Part shown: positions 1-14,525 of the stretch, one piece after another
Position numbering within the stretch: the first letter of the stretch is position 1
Layout of the letters: each line of letters begins with the position of its first letter
Assembly (NCBI GenBank): GCA_024137785.1
Contig: JAHRHZ010000166.1
Span: 947,367-1,011,366 of the forward strand
DNA: 64,000 nt
Source: Ginglymostoma cirratum
Lineage: Eukaryota
Direction of reading: 5' to 3'
Translations under genes and position numbers: made by a program
The notes under the pieces: model-generated
Told to the model about the DNA's origin: nothing
Databases searched by the model: none
The model's input: only the letters and a program-made list of their open reading frames with translations

Positions 1-246
1 TGTTTGCATGTTCTCCTTGTGTCTGTGGATATACACCTGGTGCTCTCGTTTCCACCCACAGTTCAAACATAGGCAGGCTAGCATTTTGGTTGTGGTAACT
101 TGCACCGTAGACTCCAAGGATATTTAGGTTAGGCTGGTTAGTCAGAGTAAATTCGAGGTATGGGGATAGGGTGGGGTTTTGGATATCTTCAGAGATGAAA
201 ATTCATTGGGCTGAACAGCATCCAACAGCTGGGACTCTGTAATCTG
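1..246 (+). mobile_element. HE1-like tRNA-derived SINE (5' part outside window)
   Basis: Shares the tttgcatgttctcc...ttcc..ccacagt..aaa...gcaggttag core with the copies at 14.6, 31.3 and 58.5 kb. Confidence 0.75.
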
Positions 247-722
247 CTAAATTGGAAGTGCAGTTTCGAAGGTTTCTCCTTGACCTTCATTTGTCCGAAT
301 ACTTCCTGTATTTGGAAGAGGAACAGAAACGATGTTTGACTTACGAAAAGTGTCTGCAATATCCAGTTCCAAGCCGTAACTTGTAGCATGTTCTGAAGTG
401 AAGATAATATTGTTGTCCTCGCTTTTAAAGAGGTTTAATGCGGATAACAGAGAGACAGAGTTTTTAGCTGATGTGAATCTACTGCTTTCTCCTCTGGTCT
501 GCCTAGAATCCCATAGTTTTGAGCCCAGCCTTGGCAGTTCAGCTGAATGACAAGCAATCAGTTTGTTGCTGATAGGAAGTTTACGTCTGTCTTGTACTCC
601 ACCAACCAATCAGCTTTACTTGTAATCCGATGCATGGATTCAATTCATCTGTCCATGTCTAAATCACGTGACGATGAATAGTAACAATATTTTGAAGGTG
701 TCTTGTCTGGTGCATAACAAAC

Positions 723-740
723 TAAGGGCTCGTCCAGGAT
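723..740 (+). other. Primer-binding site, tRNA-Pro type
   Basis: taagggctcgtccaggat matches 15/18 nt of TGGGGGCTCGTCCGGGAT, directly after an LTR end (..cataaca). Confidence 0.7.
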
Positions 741-3700
741 CTAAATCTATAATTGTAAATTGGGGGTAAAATTGTTGGACTCAAAGCCAGCGAGTGTCAT
801 GTGTTAGTGTCTTTTGTTTCAGGTATTGTATTCATTTTTTTTAAAGGGAGTGCCTTTTGTTTTAATGACTGTTTTGGTCACTGATAGTTTTCTGGGAGTG
901 GAAGAAGTGGCTTCGGGAGTTTTACAAAAATTGAGAAAAGCAAAGGTATCAGAATTGGCAAATAAGCCAGATTTGGGGTTATCTGCATCTGTGGGGAAAG
1001 GGAAGATAATTGCTGCAACAAATGGAAATTTAAAGTTGCCAGAAATGTCATCAGAATCTTTAGAAATGGCTACAATTCAATTGCAAATGCAACAGCTTGA
1101 AAATGAAAAGGCAATAAAACAGTTTAAATTCCGATTAAAAGCCAAGAAAAAAAAGTGAAAGGGAGAGAAAAAATAAAGAAAGTAAGAGAATTTGAAAATC
1201 CGAAGTTGGCAGTTAGAGAGGAGAGTTGACTTAAAAGGGTAGAGGCTAAGCTTAGTTAGGTGGAAAGTGATGACAAGCAAATCAATCATAGCCAAAGGTT
1301 TGGTAGATATCGATTTAAATTTGTCCAAACATTTCCTAAATTCGATGAGAAGAATGTCAAAGACTTTTTCCATTTCATTTGAGAAAGTGGCTAAACAAAT
1401 GAAGTGACCATTGACCATGTACGTTTTATGGATCCAGACAAAGTTGGTAAGTAGAGCTAGGTAGGTGTTTGTTTCACGGTCAGAGGAGACAACTGAGGAG
1501 AATGAGGAGCTGAAGAAAAACACTTTAAGTGCATAAGATCTACTCGCAGAAGCCCAGAAATAACATTTCAGAAATCTAAGGAGGGACCCTGGTCAAACAT
1601 GTATTTGAGTTTGGAAGGATCAAACAAATTAATTTTGATAGTTGGACAAGGACATTGAAAATAGTTCAAACACATGACACTCTTCGAGAGAAGACTATTT
1701 TGGAGGAGTTCAAATTTCACTTCCTGAAGTAGGGTGGACTCAGGTGGAAGAGCAGAGAGTTAAAAAGGCAAGATTAGCAGCTGAAAATGTTGACGATTTT
1801 GAGTTGGCTCACTTTGGCATCAGATATCAATTTCAATCTTTAAGGGATAGAAACTGGGGAAAGGAAAAATCCTCAGCTGGTAAGGGAAAAAGGAGATCTA
1901 ATTGGAAATAATAAAGATAGTTTACCACAGGGTAGAAAAAAAAAGTCATGAGGGTGAAAGAGAAATAAAAAAAAAACCATAGGTGATGTCACTGCAATAA
2001 AGCATGACCGTTACAGTGTTGCTGGTATAGAAAAAAAAATGAAGCACTGCGATGACACTGGGAAAACAGGATCAGCCAGTGAATTCTGTCAAAGTAGTAA
2101 AGGACAACATGGTGGGAGTTAAAAGGGAACGTTTCACGAGAATGTACAATCTGTTCAGGGCTTGGTTGAGAAAAAAAAATTCAGATCTTCTTAAACCATG
2201 TACTTGCAAGGGTAAGGTTTACCTATATACGCCAGACAGAACAAGTAAAGAAATGAAAATTTTAAGAGATATGAGAGCATGCCAATGTGTAATATTGAGA
2301 GATGGGAAATATGTAATTCACTCGGACTATTGCCAGACAAACAGGTAATATGTGGCATTCATGGTAACTTGATAGGTGCTCCAATATGTAAAATGAGGTC
2401 TGGTGAAAAGTGCAGAAGTAGTGGGAGGGATACTGGAGAAACTGTCGGCTCCAGGAATATAATTTCTCTTTGATAACGATATAGCTGGATCACAGGTGGG
2501 AGTGCTGCCTACTTTTGAGAAAATAAAAGCAACAGCAGTTGGGGGGGTGGGTGTGGTGCGAAATGAACATTGCTGTTTCATAGAAATTAAGTGAATTCCG
2601 ACATAAAGATGAAAAACTAAAGCAGTCATATCAAAAAGTGTACAAAGCAAAGAATCTGCCTGCATCCCAGAACGCTACTGTTTTAAAAATGACGTCATGA
2701 TGAGTAAATGGAGACTATCACATATTCAGGCAGATGAGAAATGGGCAGAAGTTCATCAAGTCGTATTATATGTGGCTTGTAGAAAATATCTGCTGCAAAT
2801 AGCACAAGGGTTATCAATAGGTGTTCATTTGAGTGTAAGGAAAACTCAAGCCAAAATACAAGAACATGTTTACTGGTTTGGACTGCATCAGGATGTACTT
2901 GAATTTGGCAAAACATGTAATACATCTCTGGTAATAAAAAATCTCAGGTAGTGATAACACCAACACCTTTAATACTGACTCCTGCATTTCAGGATCCTTT
3001 TACAAGGGTCGTAACTGATTATGCAGGGTCACTATTTAAGACAAAAAAGGGGGAAGGAGTATTTGTTGTACACAATGTATGCATGCACTAGATTTTCATT
3101 CCATTGCACAATATCAAAGCTAAAAGGATTGTAGACCGCTTACTCATTTATTTCACTGGATATACACTATACACAGAGGTAGAATCAATACTTCAGAATT
3201 CTTCAGAGGAGTTGTGGATAGCTTAGGAATAGCACAAGTCAATCAGGCAGCAAACCATCCAGGATCGCAAGGAACATTCCAAAGGTGGCAGAAAACGTTA
3301 AAGATCATGTTGAGGTATTTTAGTTCAGACTATGGAGATAATTTGGGTAATGGAATTGAATTTGTGCTTTTAGCAATTAGGGATGCACCAAATGAATCTA
3401 AAAAATGCCATCCAAATGAATTAGTTTTTGGGCCGGAGGTGTGAGGACAACTGAAATTAATTAAGGTGAGATTAATAAACCAGAGCTCTGAGAATTGCAT
3501 TATATGCCCAATTTTAGGGAAATAATAAATACAGCGAGTGAGTTAGCTGCACCGCTGTTAAAAGTTGCGCAGCATGTCATGTAAAAGGAAGCAGCCAAGA
3601 AATAAAACAATGGTTATTTTGTGAGTGGAGATAAAGTGTTCATGTTACTTCCACTGACCAGTGAAACGTTAACAGCAGGGTTTAGTGGACCTTATCAAAT

Positions 3701-5483
3701 CGAAAGGAGACTGTGTAAGATGGATTATTTGATAAGAACGCCAAAAGGAAAGAAATCTCAGAGTGTATCAAGTCAAGATGCTCAGAAGGTATTTTGATCG
3801 GGAAGAAAAGCAAAAGGAGAGTGTGTTCCTACTTACAACACAGAACAAATATCTAAATTCAGAACTTTTCGACATTTCACAAACTAAATTGAACAATGAG
3901 AGGGAAGTCAGAAATTGTGATAGATTATTATGTTGCCTTCCAGAGGAAATTCGAAATGGCCTGAAAGAGTTATTCCTGTCGCCTGGGGGGGAGGGATTTA
4001 AGGGGATAAGCTGGGAAGTACTAATATAATCACGTATGTCATAGACATAGCAAATGCTGTTCCAATTAAATAGCATCCTTATCGAGTTAACCCTGTAAAG
4101 TTGGCACAGGTTCAAAAAAATTTCGAACATATGCACAAAGCCAACATAACCAAAGTAAGTTGCGGCGACTGTGGCACACCCATAATAATGGTGTGAAAAG
4201 CAAGTGGTACCCAATGATTATGTGTGGACTATTGCAAAGTCAATGCAGGTAAAAAGTCTGATTCCTATCCTCTTCCACATTTGGAAGACTGCATTGAGAA
4301 GGTGGAATATCAAATTATATTTATAAGTTTGACTTAGTCGAAGTTTACAGGCAGATACCTATATCCCAAAGCGTGAAGGCAATTTCAGCTTTCATAACAC
4401 AGAATGGACTTCACCAATGTAAAGCCATGACATTTATTACGAAATTGTGCCAGCCACATGTCAAAGACGAACCAGTAAAGTCATTTCTGATTACCCAGTT
4501 ATGTGGTGTACGTCGATAACCTGGTGATTTTTAGTCACACATTGAAAGAATATTTGCAGCATCTATCAGAATTTTTCGATTGACTTTACAAGGCGGGTTT
4601 GGTGATAAACCTGGCTAAGCGTGAGTTTGCAAAAGCCCATGTCCTGGGCCATGTTATTCGACATGGAAAGATGGTTGCACGGAATGTGAAAACAAAGGTT
4701 ACTGGGGAGTTTCCCGTACAATCGATGAACAGGGCAGTACTACGACTCCTTGTGATTGGGTTTTATCAGAAGTTTACACTGAATTTTTGCAGTTTGTTTG
4801 CTCCAATGACAGACATACTGAAGCATTGCAGAAAATTTCTGTGGATTTCAGACTGTCAGAAGATACTTAATAGCCTGAAAGCTGTGTTAACTACTGCTTC
4901 AGCGTGAGCCGCACTCGCTGTTGCAAAGCCAATCAGGTTGGCTATCGAGTGATCTGGGTGTCGGTGCTATATTCTTACAAACGATGACGAGAAGCCAGAA
5001 AGACCCACTGGGCATTTTTTTCAGAAAATTGTATGCACATGAACAGAAATATCCCAAGGTTGAGAAGGAATCAACATGTTTGTTGTTGGCATTACAACAT
5101 TCCAATACTTATGTAGCCAGTAATGTATTTGAGACAATTGAATACACTGATCATAACGCACTAAAGTTTTTGGTCAAATTTAAGGAAAAAAAAATTCCAA
5201 ATATTTTGGATGGAGCTTGTTGTTGCAATCATTCAATTTAAAAATTATACTCGTGTCAGGATGAGAAATGGAATTTCAACGTATTGTCATGACGTTGACG
5301 TAAAACGATGGAATCGTATTTGGTGGGAGGAAATGGACTGAAATAGAATGTAATAGGGAATATTTACATGCTTAGAGTTAATGTAATGTATGTGCATGTA
5401 CCGTACTAATAGAGTAAGTCTAGGACTTACAAAAATGAAGCTATTTGTGTATATTGATGGTTAATTTTTTGAGGGAGGAGAGG

Positions 5484-6128
5484 TGTGTCGATGCTGTCGC
5501 TTTAAGAGGCTATTTTGGTTTTTTTTCTTTGAAGAGAGGTTGTAAGACAGAGATCAATAGCTGTCTCTAGGATAGTAAACTTTTCTCAGGTCTTGAGTGT
5601 TTTTGAAGTTGACATAATGGAGGAAACCTGGGCACTGCCAGCTCTCACAGACCTGGCTTTCTAGTCTTTTTTTTCAGTTTTTAAGTTCAGTGAAAAGCAG
5701 AAGCCTTTGAAGTTTCACAAGAAATGGGACTTCAGCGAATGACTTCAGCTGCCACATTCTCTGAATTTTCTTTGAGGTTTTCTCGACTTGAGCGAGAACT
5801 GCATGCAACAGTTATGTCTGAATTCGCGTTTCAGCAATAGGTGTGTTTATCTGATGTTCATATACTGGAGCTATCAATTAGTTAGGTGTTGTATCTATTA
5901 TTCAGTTAAGTTTTCCAATAGTTAAATTTATTCGAAATCCATTTTTTTTGTTTGTCTTTTAACTATAGTGTTTAACCAAACTGTGTTTTGCTTAACGTCG
6001 AATAGTTTGAACAGTTGCATTGCATCTGGAACACAACACCTCACAGTTACCTTTAAAAATCAGAAAAAAATTAGAGTCTGGGCTGCCTTCTTAAAATAGT
6101 ATGAGGAGGCCTGGGCCGGTTCATAACA
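5484..6128 (+). repeat. 3' LTR of Gmr1-type element
   Basis: TG...CA termini following the PPT; similar to 59299-59880. Confidence 0.8.
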
Positions 6129-8149
6129 ATCCAACAGATACACAAACAGAGTTCAAAAAAAATCAAATTCCATACTTTGAAAGCATGCAGCCATCGTTCT
6201 AAATTTCAGTGTCTCAAACTGGCTATTTATAATATGCGTTTCAGGATTAAGATTGAAAAATACTGTCAGAGAATAATATGATAATACTAAAACAAAATAG
6301 CTGATTAATTTATGCCACAATAAACAGTTTGTATATTTATTTGTGCAGAAGACACAGTTTCTTCAAAGAAGTATAGTAGTAATAGATAAGTGTGAGCATG
6401 TCAATTTTGGCAGCAATGGCAAGATTCAATAAGTTCTCACCTTCCTTATGTCATCCTTCCCATGTGTAGGATACTAACTGATGCACCCAAAGATTCGTGC
6501 GTGATGAGCTTACATTATGTTCATGTATTTCTGCACTTTGCATTTTCTCACTTCTTTCTCCTTTTTGGATCCAACGTAGAAAGCTAAAAAAAAAAAATAC
6601 AATTTACGTTTTCTGGCGTCACGTACCTCTTTCATTTGGTAATAAAATTAGCTACAAAATTTTCCGCTAGATGGGTGCTATTCAGATATAGTTACGATAT
6701 AGTTTATATAGTTTATCCATTCCTCAGCTGAAGAATGTCCATGAACTTGGGTTGTGATCTACACTTTAAACTGAGTTATAATATTTTGTCAAAACCTGTG
6801 CCCAGTCTGACAAATGGTTTCACTGGTAGCTTTCATTCTCTGATTCGCAAGCAGCTCTTTCTTGTCTTTGTAGCTTATCCAGCTTGTCGTATATGGTATT
6901 TGCCTCTTTATGCTTTTAATCAAAAAATTACTTTTACACTAAGTATAGTTGTGATTCATATAATCCCTTGGTCATCCAAATAATCTTAAGATTAAAAATA
7001 TTTGTTTCAATGCAAACAGTGTATTCGATAACTCCTAATTATTACTTTGACCAGATATGCCCAGTGGTTTCATAGGAATGGCGTCTGACCTCCGTGGAAA
7101 TACGAAAAAACTGACATATATGAGAACTGTACAGAATTTTGAGCCACTCCAATCTGTGTCGAACACTACTCATCCTGTTCTACATTCCTAGTTAGCACTC
7201 ATGACTCTACTGACCAATCGTAATTAAATCTGTACATGAACACAATATCCAACCATGTTGCCAAGCGTGGTGTCTGATCGACCCGTTATGAGTTCTGATC
7301 AACTGATATATACATCTAAATTTTTATTTAAAATATTTTCTGTCCTTTTACCCCTGAAGCTTGGTTGGGTAAAGGTGATGTGGCTTAATCAAAAATGAAA
7401 GTAACTCACTTTATTGGAAATGTATTGTGGTGATGCAAGTATTGTGATCTTTTGAGCGGAAAAAGATAGCTCAGTGTGTTAATCTGATGAGGCATACAAG
7501 AGGTGAGGGCGAATGAGAGCGATAGAGGGTGTGTATAATGCTGTTTCTGGCTCTGTATACTCCACAGTCCCCATACCATTCATTGTCTCCTAATACCTTC
7601 GAGAAACAGCTTGATTTTGTTTTTGTCCTATAGCCTCTGTATCTCTGTTTTACCTCCAGATAAAACAAGGTTCTGTATCTCTATAATTACTTCCAGTTCC
7701 TGTAACTCTCGGTATCCATCCAACTTTCTTTAGAAAGTACACATCTGCTTGCCTCCACAGCCTGTTTCTATCTCTGCAACCTTCCCTGCTACATTAGGCT
7801 CATGTAGTATCTCCAGAATTCCTTACCACTGTCAAACTCTTGAGCCGCTCGGGCTCTTTACCTGGGGAGGATGTTCCAGAACATTGTTATCTTATTATTT
7901 CCGTGATCTCTGCAGGCCACCACCATTCTCCCTTGGTCTGCTATCTTTTTTAATCACTGTAGCTATTCCTGCCTCCTTAGCATATGCAGAAAGTGGACAA
8001 AATAGATAATTGCTGGAACGGAAGTATTTTAAATACAGTCTGACGAGTGAGACCAACAGAACTTATTTTCAACTATAGAATAAGAAAAGGGAGGAGCCAG
8101 GTAATCCAGAAAGAAAGAAACATAGCAACAGTTCCATTCCAACTATGAT

Positions 8150-10140
8150 GTGAGCTGGCAGAATTTTATGGACATTGGCCATTTAAAATGTAAGAGAAAT
8201 GACTGCACGATAGGAAATCGAGCATCATGGTTACATCAGGGTTATTCAATTTGGAGGATGCTTTGTAGTGCATTGAGATTGTGGATTTTTCTGATATGCA
8301 TAAATGATCTAGATCTTGCCTGACAGGGGACATTTTGACTATCAAAACAGGTGATACAAAATTTTGAGTAAATTAATGAGTCACTGTAGACCTTCAAAAA
8401 CACGTTGATAAATTTGTGGAGTGGAGAACCAGTGAATGTCATTCATTCAGATTTCAGAGCACTTTTGATAAGGCAGCGCATGTCAATTTGCAGAATAAGG
8501 TAAGATAAGCTTGCAGAATAAGATAAGCATTGGAGGTCATATATTAGTATGGTTAGACAATTGGCTAACTCATTGAAGACAGATTTTTGGGATACTGTGA
8601 GCGCTTTCAGCCTCTCAACATATAGCTAACAGAGTTGCTACTACCAGCACTCTGGTTGTTATATGGACAAGGGGAGTGAATATACCATAGCCAAATTTAC
8701 AGATGACATCGAAATAGCTGGGAAGACGCTTGGTGATGTTCACATAGGGAGTCTGCACAGGGAAACAGACAATATGAGGATGTGGGAAAGACTTGGCTGA
8801 TTGAATATTATATGGGGAAATATGAGGTTATGCACTTTGGTAGAAAGAATAGAAGAACTGAACATTATTTAAAAGGAGGAAGACAGCAGTTATCTACAGA
8901 AATGAAGGATATGGGAATCGCCATGACAAAAACTAAAATCCAATTTCGCTGGATAATGGGGAGGCAAATAAAATGTTGGCCTTTATTTTGCAGAGTAATG
9001 CATATGAAAGTAGTTGGATTTTGATAAAACTATACAAGGTGCGAGTCATATCCCTGCTGGAATTTTGTGAACAGTTCTGGGTCAATTTTCTGAGGAAATG
9101 CTGACTTTGGGGACAGTCCAGATAAGCTTTATTAGGCTCATCCATGATATGGATGTGGGTCTTCTGAGAAGAAGTTGAATATATTGGACTAGAATTAATT
9201 GACATTTGGAAGAACATTCATTGACATTATTGAAAGTTGCAAGATCCTTTGGTGCTGTGACAGGATAACACATCTGCCATGCTTAAAAAAAAGGTAAACA
9301 AAAGACAGGCAACTATAGGTCCATGATCTTAACTTCTATAGTGGGTAAAATGGTTGGATCTATCATTTAGGAATAAATAGCGAAATGTATGGATAGAAAT
9401 TGAACCACCATTCAGACACAATATGGGTTCGTGAAAAGCAAGTCATGTTTAACGAATGTACTGGAATTATTTCAGGATGTTACAGGCATGGTGGACAATG
9501 GGTAACCAGTGGATGTGGTGTATTGTATTTCTACAAGGTATCGAAAAGGTACAGCACAAAAGGCTACTGCATAGTATAAAGTGGACAGCGTTATGGATAA
9601 CATGTTAGTATGGATAAAGGATTGGTTAAAGAACAGAAAGCAAAAAGTGGGGATAAATGGGCATTTTTTTTTCTGGTTGGAGTGCTGTGCCCCAGGGATC
9701 AGTGTTGACACAGCTATTGTTCAAAATTTAGACAGACGATTTGGAGTTGGGGACCAAGTATAGTGTGTAAATTTCACAGGTGACGCTAAGACGAGATGTA
9801 GAGCAAAGTGTGCAGAGGACTCAGAAAGTCTGCAGAGGGATATAAGTAGGTAAAGTGAGTGGTTAATGTCAGGCAGATAATTTACAATGTTCTTAAATGT
9901 GAGGTCATACATTTTGATAGGAATAACAGTAAAGAAGACGATTGCTTAAATGGTGAACCATTGTAATGTGCTGCTGTGCAGATGGAGTTGGGTGTCCTTG
10001 TGCATGTATCATGAAAGTGAATTTGTGGGTGCAGAAAGTAATTATGAAAGCAAATGGAAACTTACCCTTCATTGTTACAGGAATGTTTTTTTTTAAATAG
10101 GGAGGCTATGCTGCAGTTGTATAGAGTGTTGATGAATCTA
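8150..10140 (+). mobile_element. Old CR1-type LINE RT fragments
   Basis: Degenerate KFADD-type and KCEVMHFGRKN motifs in several pieces. Confidence 0.7.
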
Positions 10141-10242
10141 ATGTTTGATATCCCACCTTAACTTGAAATCCCCACAATATCATCAACTATCTTAATTCCC
10201 TTAAAGATAAAATATAAGATGCATACAAATGAAAATATAAAA

Positions 10243-10496
10243 CGGGGATTAGGAGAAACGTCTTCAGCCAGAGAGTGGTGAATCTTTGGAATTTACTGCC
10301 ACAGAAGGCTGCGGAGGCCAGATCATTGAGTCCATTTTAGACTGAGATAGATAGGTTCTTGATTATCAAGGGTATCAAGGGTTACGGGGAGAAAGCAGGT
10401 GAATGGTGTTGAGGGACTTATCAGCCATAACTGAATGGCGGTGGAGACTAGATGGGCCGAATGGCCTAATTTCTGCTCCCATGTCTTCTGGTCTTA
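10243..10496 (+). mobile_element. CR1 LINE 3' end inserted in GPCR pseudogene
   Basis: ..cagagagtggtgaatctttggaat...gggccgaatggcct...tcttctggtctt tail. Confidence 0.75.
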
Positions 10497-12706
10497 AAAT
10501 AATTAAGCCACAGAAATAGGAAAAAATCAGGTAATGCAAAGAGTAAAATAATTGATTTCCTTCCATTCTCCGTCTCTTCGTCAAAGCGATTCCATCCCTG
10601 TATTTGACCCTTTAGCCCATTGCAGGCCTGACTGGTCACCAAAGTATATCTGACTGTCAGAGTGTTGAACATTATATTAAAACATATGGGACAAGGGAAA
10701 ATGAGGCCATTTGAATCGATTCAAATGCCACCCATTCGGGACCCATGTAGTAACTAGTTTTTTTTTTCTTGAGAGAACCAGGGAACGTTGCTTATTAGGT
10801 CTCCTGGTTCAAACTTAGAGAAGATATGAATATACTTCAAACAGAGCAGAATAGATGTTAATGCTAAAACCACAACAGAACTCCCCTCAGGGCAATACTT
10901 CGTTTTCAGCTTCTGGCAGCAAATAGCTAGAAATCAATCAATGGAAAAACAGACAATGAACCACGCAGAAAATACAGCAGCACCGTAATAATACTATATA
11001 TAGCTCTTATTTCCAGGAAGGAGCCAAGGAAATAGAAAGAAAAAAGCTGAGAAATAATAACTATGGTGTTAATGAATAAGAAGTTCACTGTCACCATTTC
11101 TCCCAATAAACGAGTCATATATATAGAGAGACCACATTTTCCCTGAGCCAGGATCACAAATGCCACCAAATTAACTGCAAAAGAGAAAACGAAGGTCCGT
11201 GTGTGTGGGGATAGGGTGGGATATTATTTGTAAATTACCGTTTACATTTTCTTCGCATACAATAGTTTGAGGTCTAATCACAATTATTTATTCTTAAATT
11301 CTTAATTGGATTGTTTACAAAAATTCAAAGGCCTATTCCACTTTTAGAATTGGAAGTATACTGGATTACAGTTAGGACAGAAATGTTAATCTAATAATTG
11401 AATTAATAAGGCCCTGTCAGAAAGAATAACAACTCCAAAATTATGACAGGAAACACCATGCAGCAAAAACAGAACTTGCTCGAGAAATAGGTCTGGCAGT
11501 ATCTGTGGAGATAAAACATGATTAACGTTTCAAATCCAATGACCCTGCTTCGCAGCCATGTTAGCATTGTAATTTGATCACCACAAAGTGGAAGACTTTG
11601 CAAGTTGTTCATTTTCAATCAAAGCACCAGCAATACAATGCCTCAGACAACTGCCCTGAGGAAAATTGGAAAAATCTCGTTATGGTAGATGAGTAAAATT
11701 AAATTCAACTTGCTTCAGTAATGTAGAACTTGAGCTAGCATTAGCGTTTAATGTAAATTAAAGAAAACATCTCATTCACTGATGTGCTTTTATGCGTGGG
11801 AAATCTGCCAGCCTTTGTGTCGAGTTGGCACAAGATAATGCAATTGACATTAACGGCCATGAAATTTTGCGGAGCAAGACGTTAAAATGGACAACATTGC
11901 AGGCCCTCTCAGTGGCGATGACATGCTAATAAATGGCAAATGAAAGGAAGTTCCCCAAAATTTTCCACGAGGTTACTTTGAATATACCAATAAAGGAATG
12001 TGAATAGAAAGGCTTTGATTTGGGTTTCTACTGTTTGGTTTGTAGTGAACTGTGCACAAAGATACTTAGTACAGCTAAGTCTGATTAATATACTGCTGTA
12101 AAGGGCAAAGGAAAGTGGGTGTACCAAACAATTTTCTGAAGAATGGTTCCGACCCAAATTGTCAACTTTCCTGCTCCTCTGATACTGCCTGACCTGTTGT
12201 GTTACTCTAGATCCGCATTGTATTTTCTCTGACTCCAGCATCTTACTATCTCTATCAAACAAATAGACATCTGGATTTCACAAAGGATTTTAAGAAGACT
12301 GAAATCAATGTTTAAATGAGTTCAGCAGTAGTGGCATAAAGTAGAGATTTTGGGAACTGATCTTGAAATAGCAGGAAGAAAGAGCAGCCAAGTAATACAT
12401 GAACAAATCAGTAGATAGGCTTCCAGTAATCTAATCGAGTCCGAGGGAGACAATTGCAAATTAATTAAACATTTATTGTCGTCAAGCAGCATTTTAAAAA
12501 AAAGTAAATCAGAATGAATTTTTAAAAAGTGAAACATTCAAGACATCATTTGACTTTTCGAAAAATGGGATTCAAAATCGGCAAGTCTTTACTAAGGAAA
12601 CATACAGCATTAGTCTTCATCAACCAATGCACTCAATATCACGGAATTACAAAATTGTTACAGCGCATCAGTGCTTCATATTTCTAATTGGGCCATTCTG
12701 TAGTTG

Positions 12707-13495
12707 TGTTATGGACCAGACTAGAACTCCTCAAAATATTTTGAGAAGGTAGCCTACAATCTAGCTGTTTACTATTGTAAAGACCATAAGACCATAAGAC
12801 ATAGGAGTGTCAAGGCAATAAAATGAATAGAACTTGGAAACCAAGTTTATATCTTCAAATAAATGTTAAATTCTGCTGAAGAGAAATGAACTAAAGTGCA
12901 ATCTAATTTCTATCTATGATCTAAGACCATTCTTCCTTGAATAGTAAACACCATTCATGCAGTTACAGGCAGATACACAGAGAAATGGCTAAGCGGTAAA
13001 TGTAAAATAAACAAAAAAAGTGCGGTGACAGTTCCATAGCCGTTTCAACAATGAGTACCAAACCATCATGAAATCCGATGGGTTTCTTCATAAGCAAGAA
13101 GGGTTATATCTTGCTTGAACTCTGTTGACGCTCGACAACACAAACAGCTTTTGCAGGCCTTTTGAGATTTTCCCTTTTTTTATCGGTTGAGGTTCTTTTC
13201 TCATGACTTTCAACAAGCATTGATATTCAGCAGTTGTTGTTGCTGGAGTTCCAACAAACTTTAAACAAAGCTTTCACTGGAGATTAAAGACAGAGAGGAA
13301 AACGAAATAATCATAAAATGAAGCTTCCAAGGAAGTAGGATGCTTCCAGGCCAAAACAAAACAGCCGAAACTAATTTGCCTTTGGGTTCTTTTTTCCTGT
13401 GATTGGCTAAACCACTCTGATCCTCCTTTGATTGATCAATTTGACGTTAATTTACATTCATTGCTTTTTGACGAAAGGAGTTCAAAAAACTAACA
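12707..13495 (-). repeat. LTR-derived sequence, reverse orientation
   Basis: Starts tgttatggaccag...aaaatattttgagaaggtagcc, the reverse complement of the LTR 3' ends at 6080-6128 and 59835-59880. Far boundary approximate. Confidence 0.5.
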
Positions 13496-14525
13496 ATCCT
13501 CTAAGCAAGGAAAAAAAAATCTTGTTTCTGTCTTAAAAAAGAATCTCTTGTTTTTAACCTATGGCCCCAGTTACATAGTGTTCCACAAGAGGAAATATCC
13601 TTACCAAATCCATACAGCCAAATCCCCTTGGGACCGCAGATGTTCTAATTCAGTACATCTGACTTCTTTAAACTTCTGAAATTCCACACCTAGACTGAAA
13701 ATTCTTTCATTCCATGTAAGAGTGGTGTAACACAACACTGAATTCCTTCCAATTTGCTGCCATCCTTCCGCAATCATGTTGACTGTCACATTACATAGTA
13801 CTCCAAAGGTGATTTCAATGGTGCCCAATAAACTTGCATCTCTTGCATTCTGTTCGCCTTGCCATAAAACATAACATTCTATGAGCTTTAGTGATTACTT
13901 GTTAAACCTTCATGCTTACTTTCCACAAAAATATCTCAAACTCTCTCTTCTTTCCAAATAATAATAATCAATCTGACAGACTCTTTCTGGAAGGTGTTGT
14001 GCAATCTAATGTTCATTGAAAAAAAATCATGGAACTTCTGTTTGTAATATGGAGACTCGACCTATATGAAGGCTGAACTGCAGCGGTTTGTCCTATTCTT
14101 TGGGAAGAAGGCGAGAGATATGGATATAAGAATTTCATGCTGCTATTTCAACGATGAGGAGCTTTGATTATAAGGATAGAGTGAAGAATTTAGGCCTGTG
14201 TTCCTGAAGGAAGAATGGCAGAAAGACTATTTCAGCGAGATATTCAAAATCATCAGATATCAGGCTAAATGTTTTAGATTTAAAAAGAAAAACTGCTCGA
14301 ATTCTCAATAAATCAGGAACAAAAGGGTACAGAATTAAATTAAATAAAAACATAAACAGACTGATATCAGGAAAAGTCTTTTGCAGCAATGGATTTTTAT
14401 GATCTAAAATACACTGTGTTGAAATATGGAGCAGGCAAAAGAGATCGAGGCATCTGCTGAATTAAATTGTTATAAGACTATGTTCGATGTATGTTTCAAT
14501 GGGTAGTGGGCAAGAGAATATCAGC

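Larger units (their letters stand above)
668..6128 (+). mobile_element. Degenerate Gmr1-type Gypsy LTR retrotransposon (gag-PR-INT-RT-RH)
   Basis: gag ~830-2050; integrase Zn-finger (HLSVRKTQAKIQEHVYWFGLHQDV) ~2800 and core ~3000-3450; RT ~4060-4640; RNase H ~4920-5240. PPT gagggaggagagg precedes the 3' LTR. Only a remnant of the 5' LTR survives (668-719). Confidence 0.85.

Noticed and set aside
6440-6585. Minus-strand candidate exon after a poly-T acceptor
   Set aside because: Short, no recognisable product, and no partner exons could be linked.
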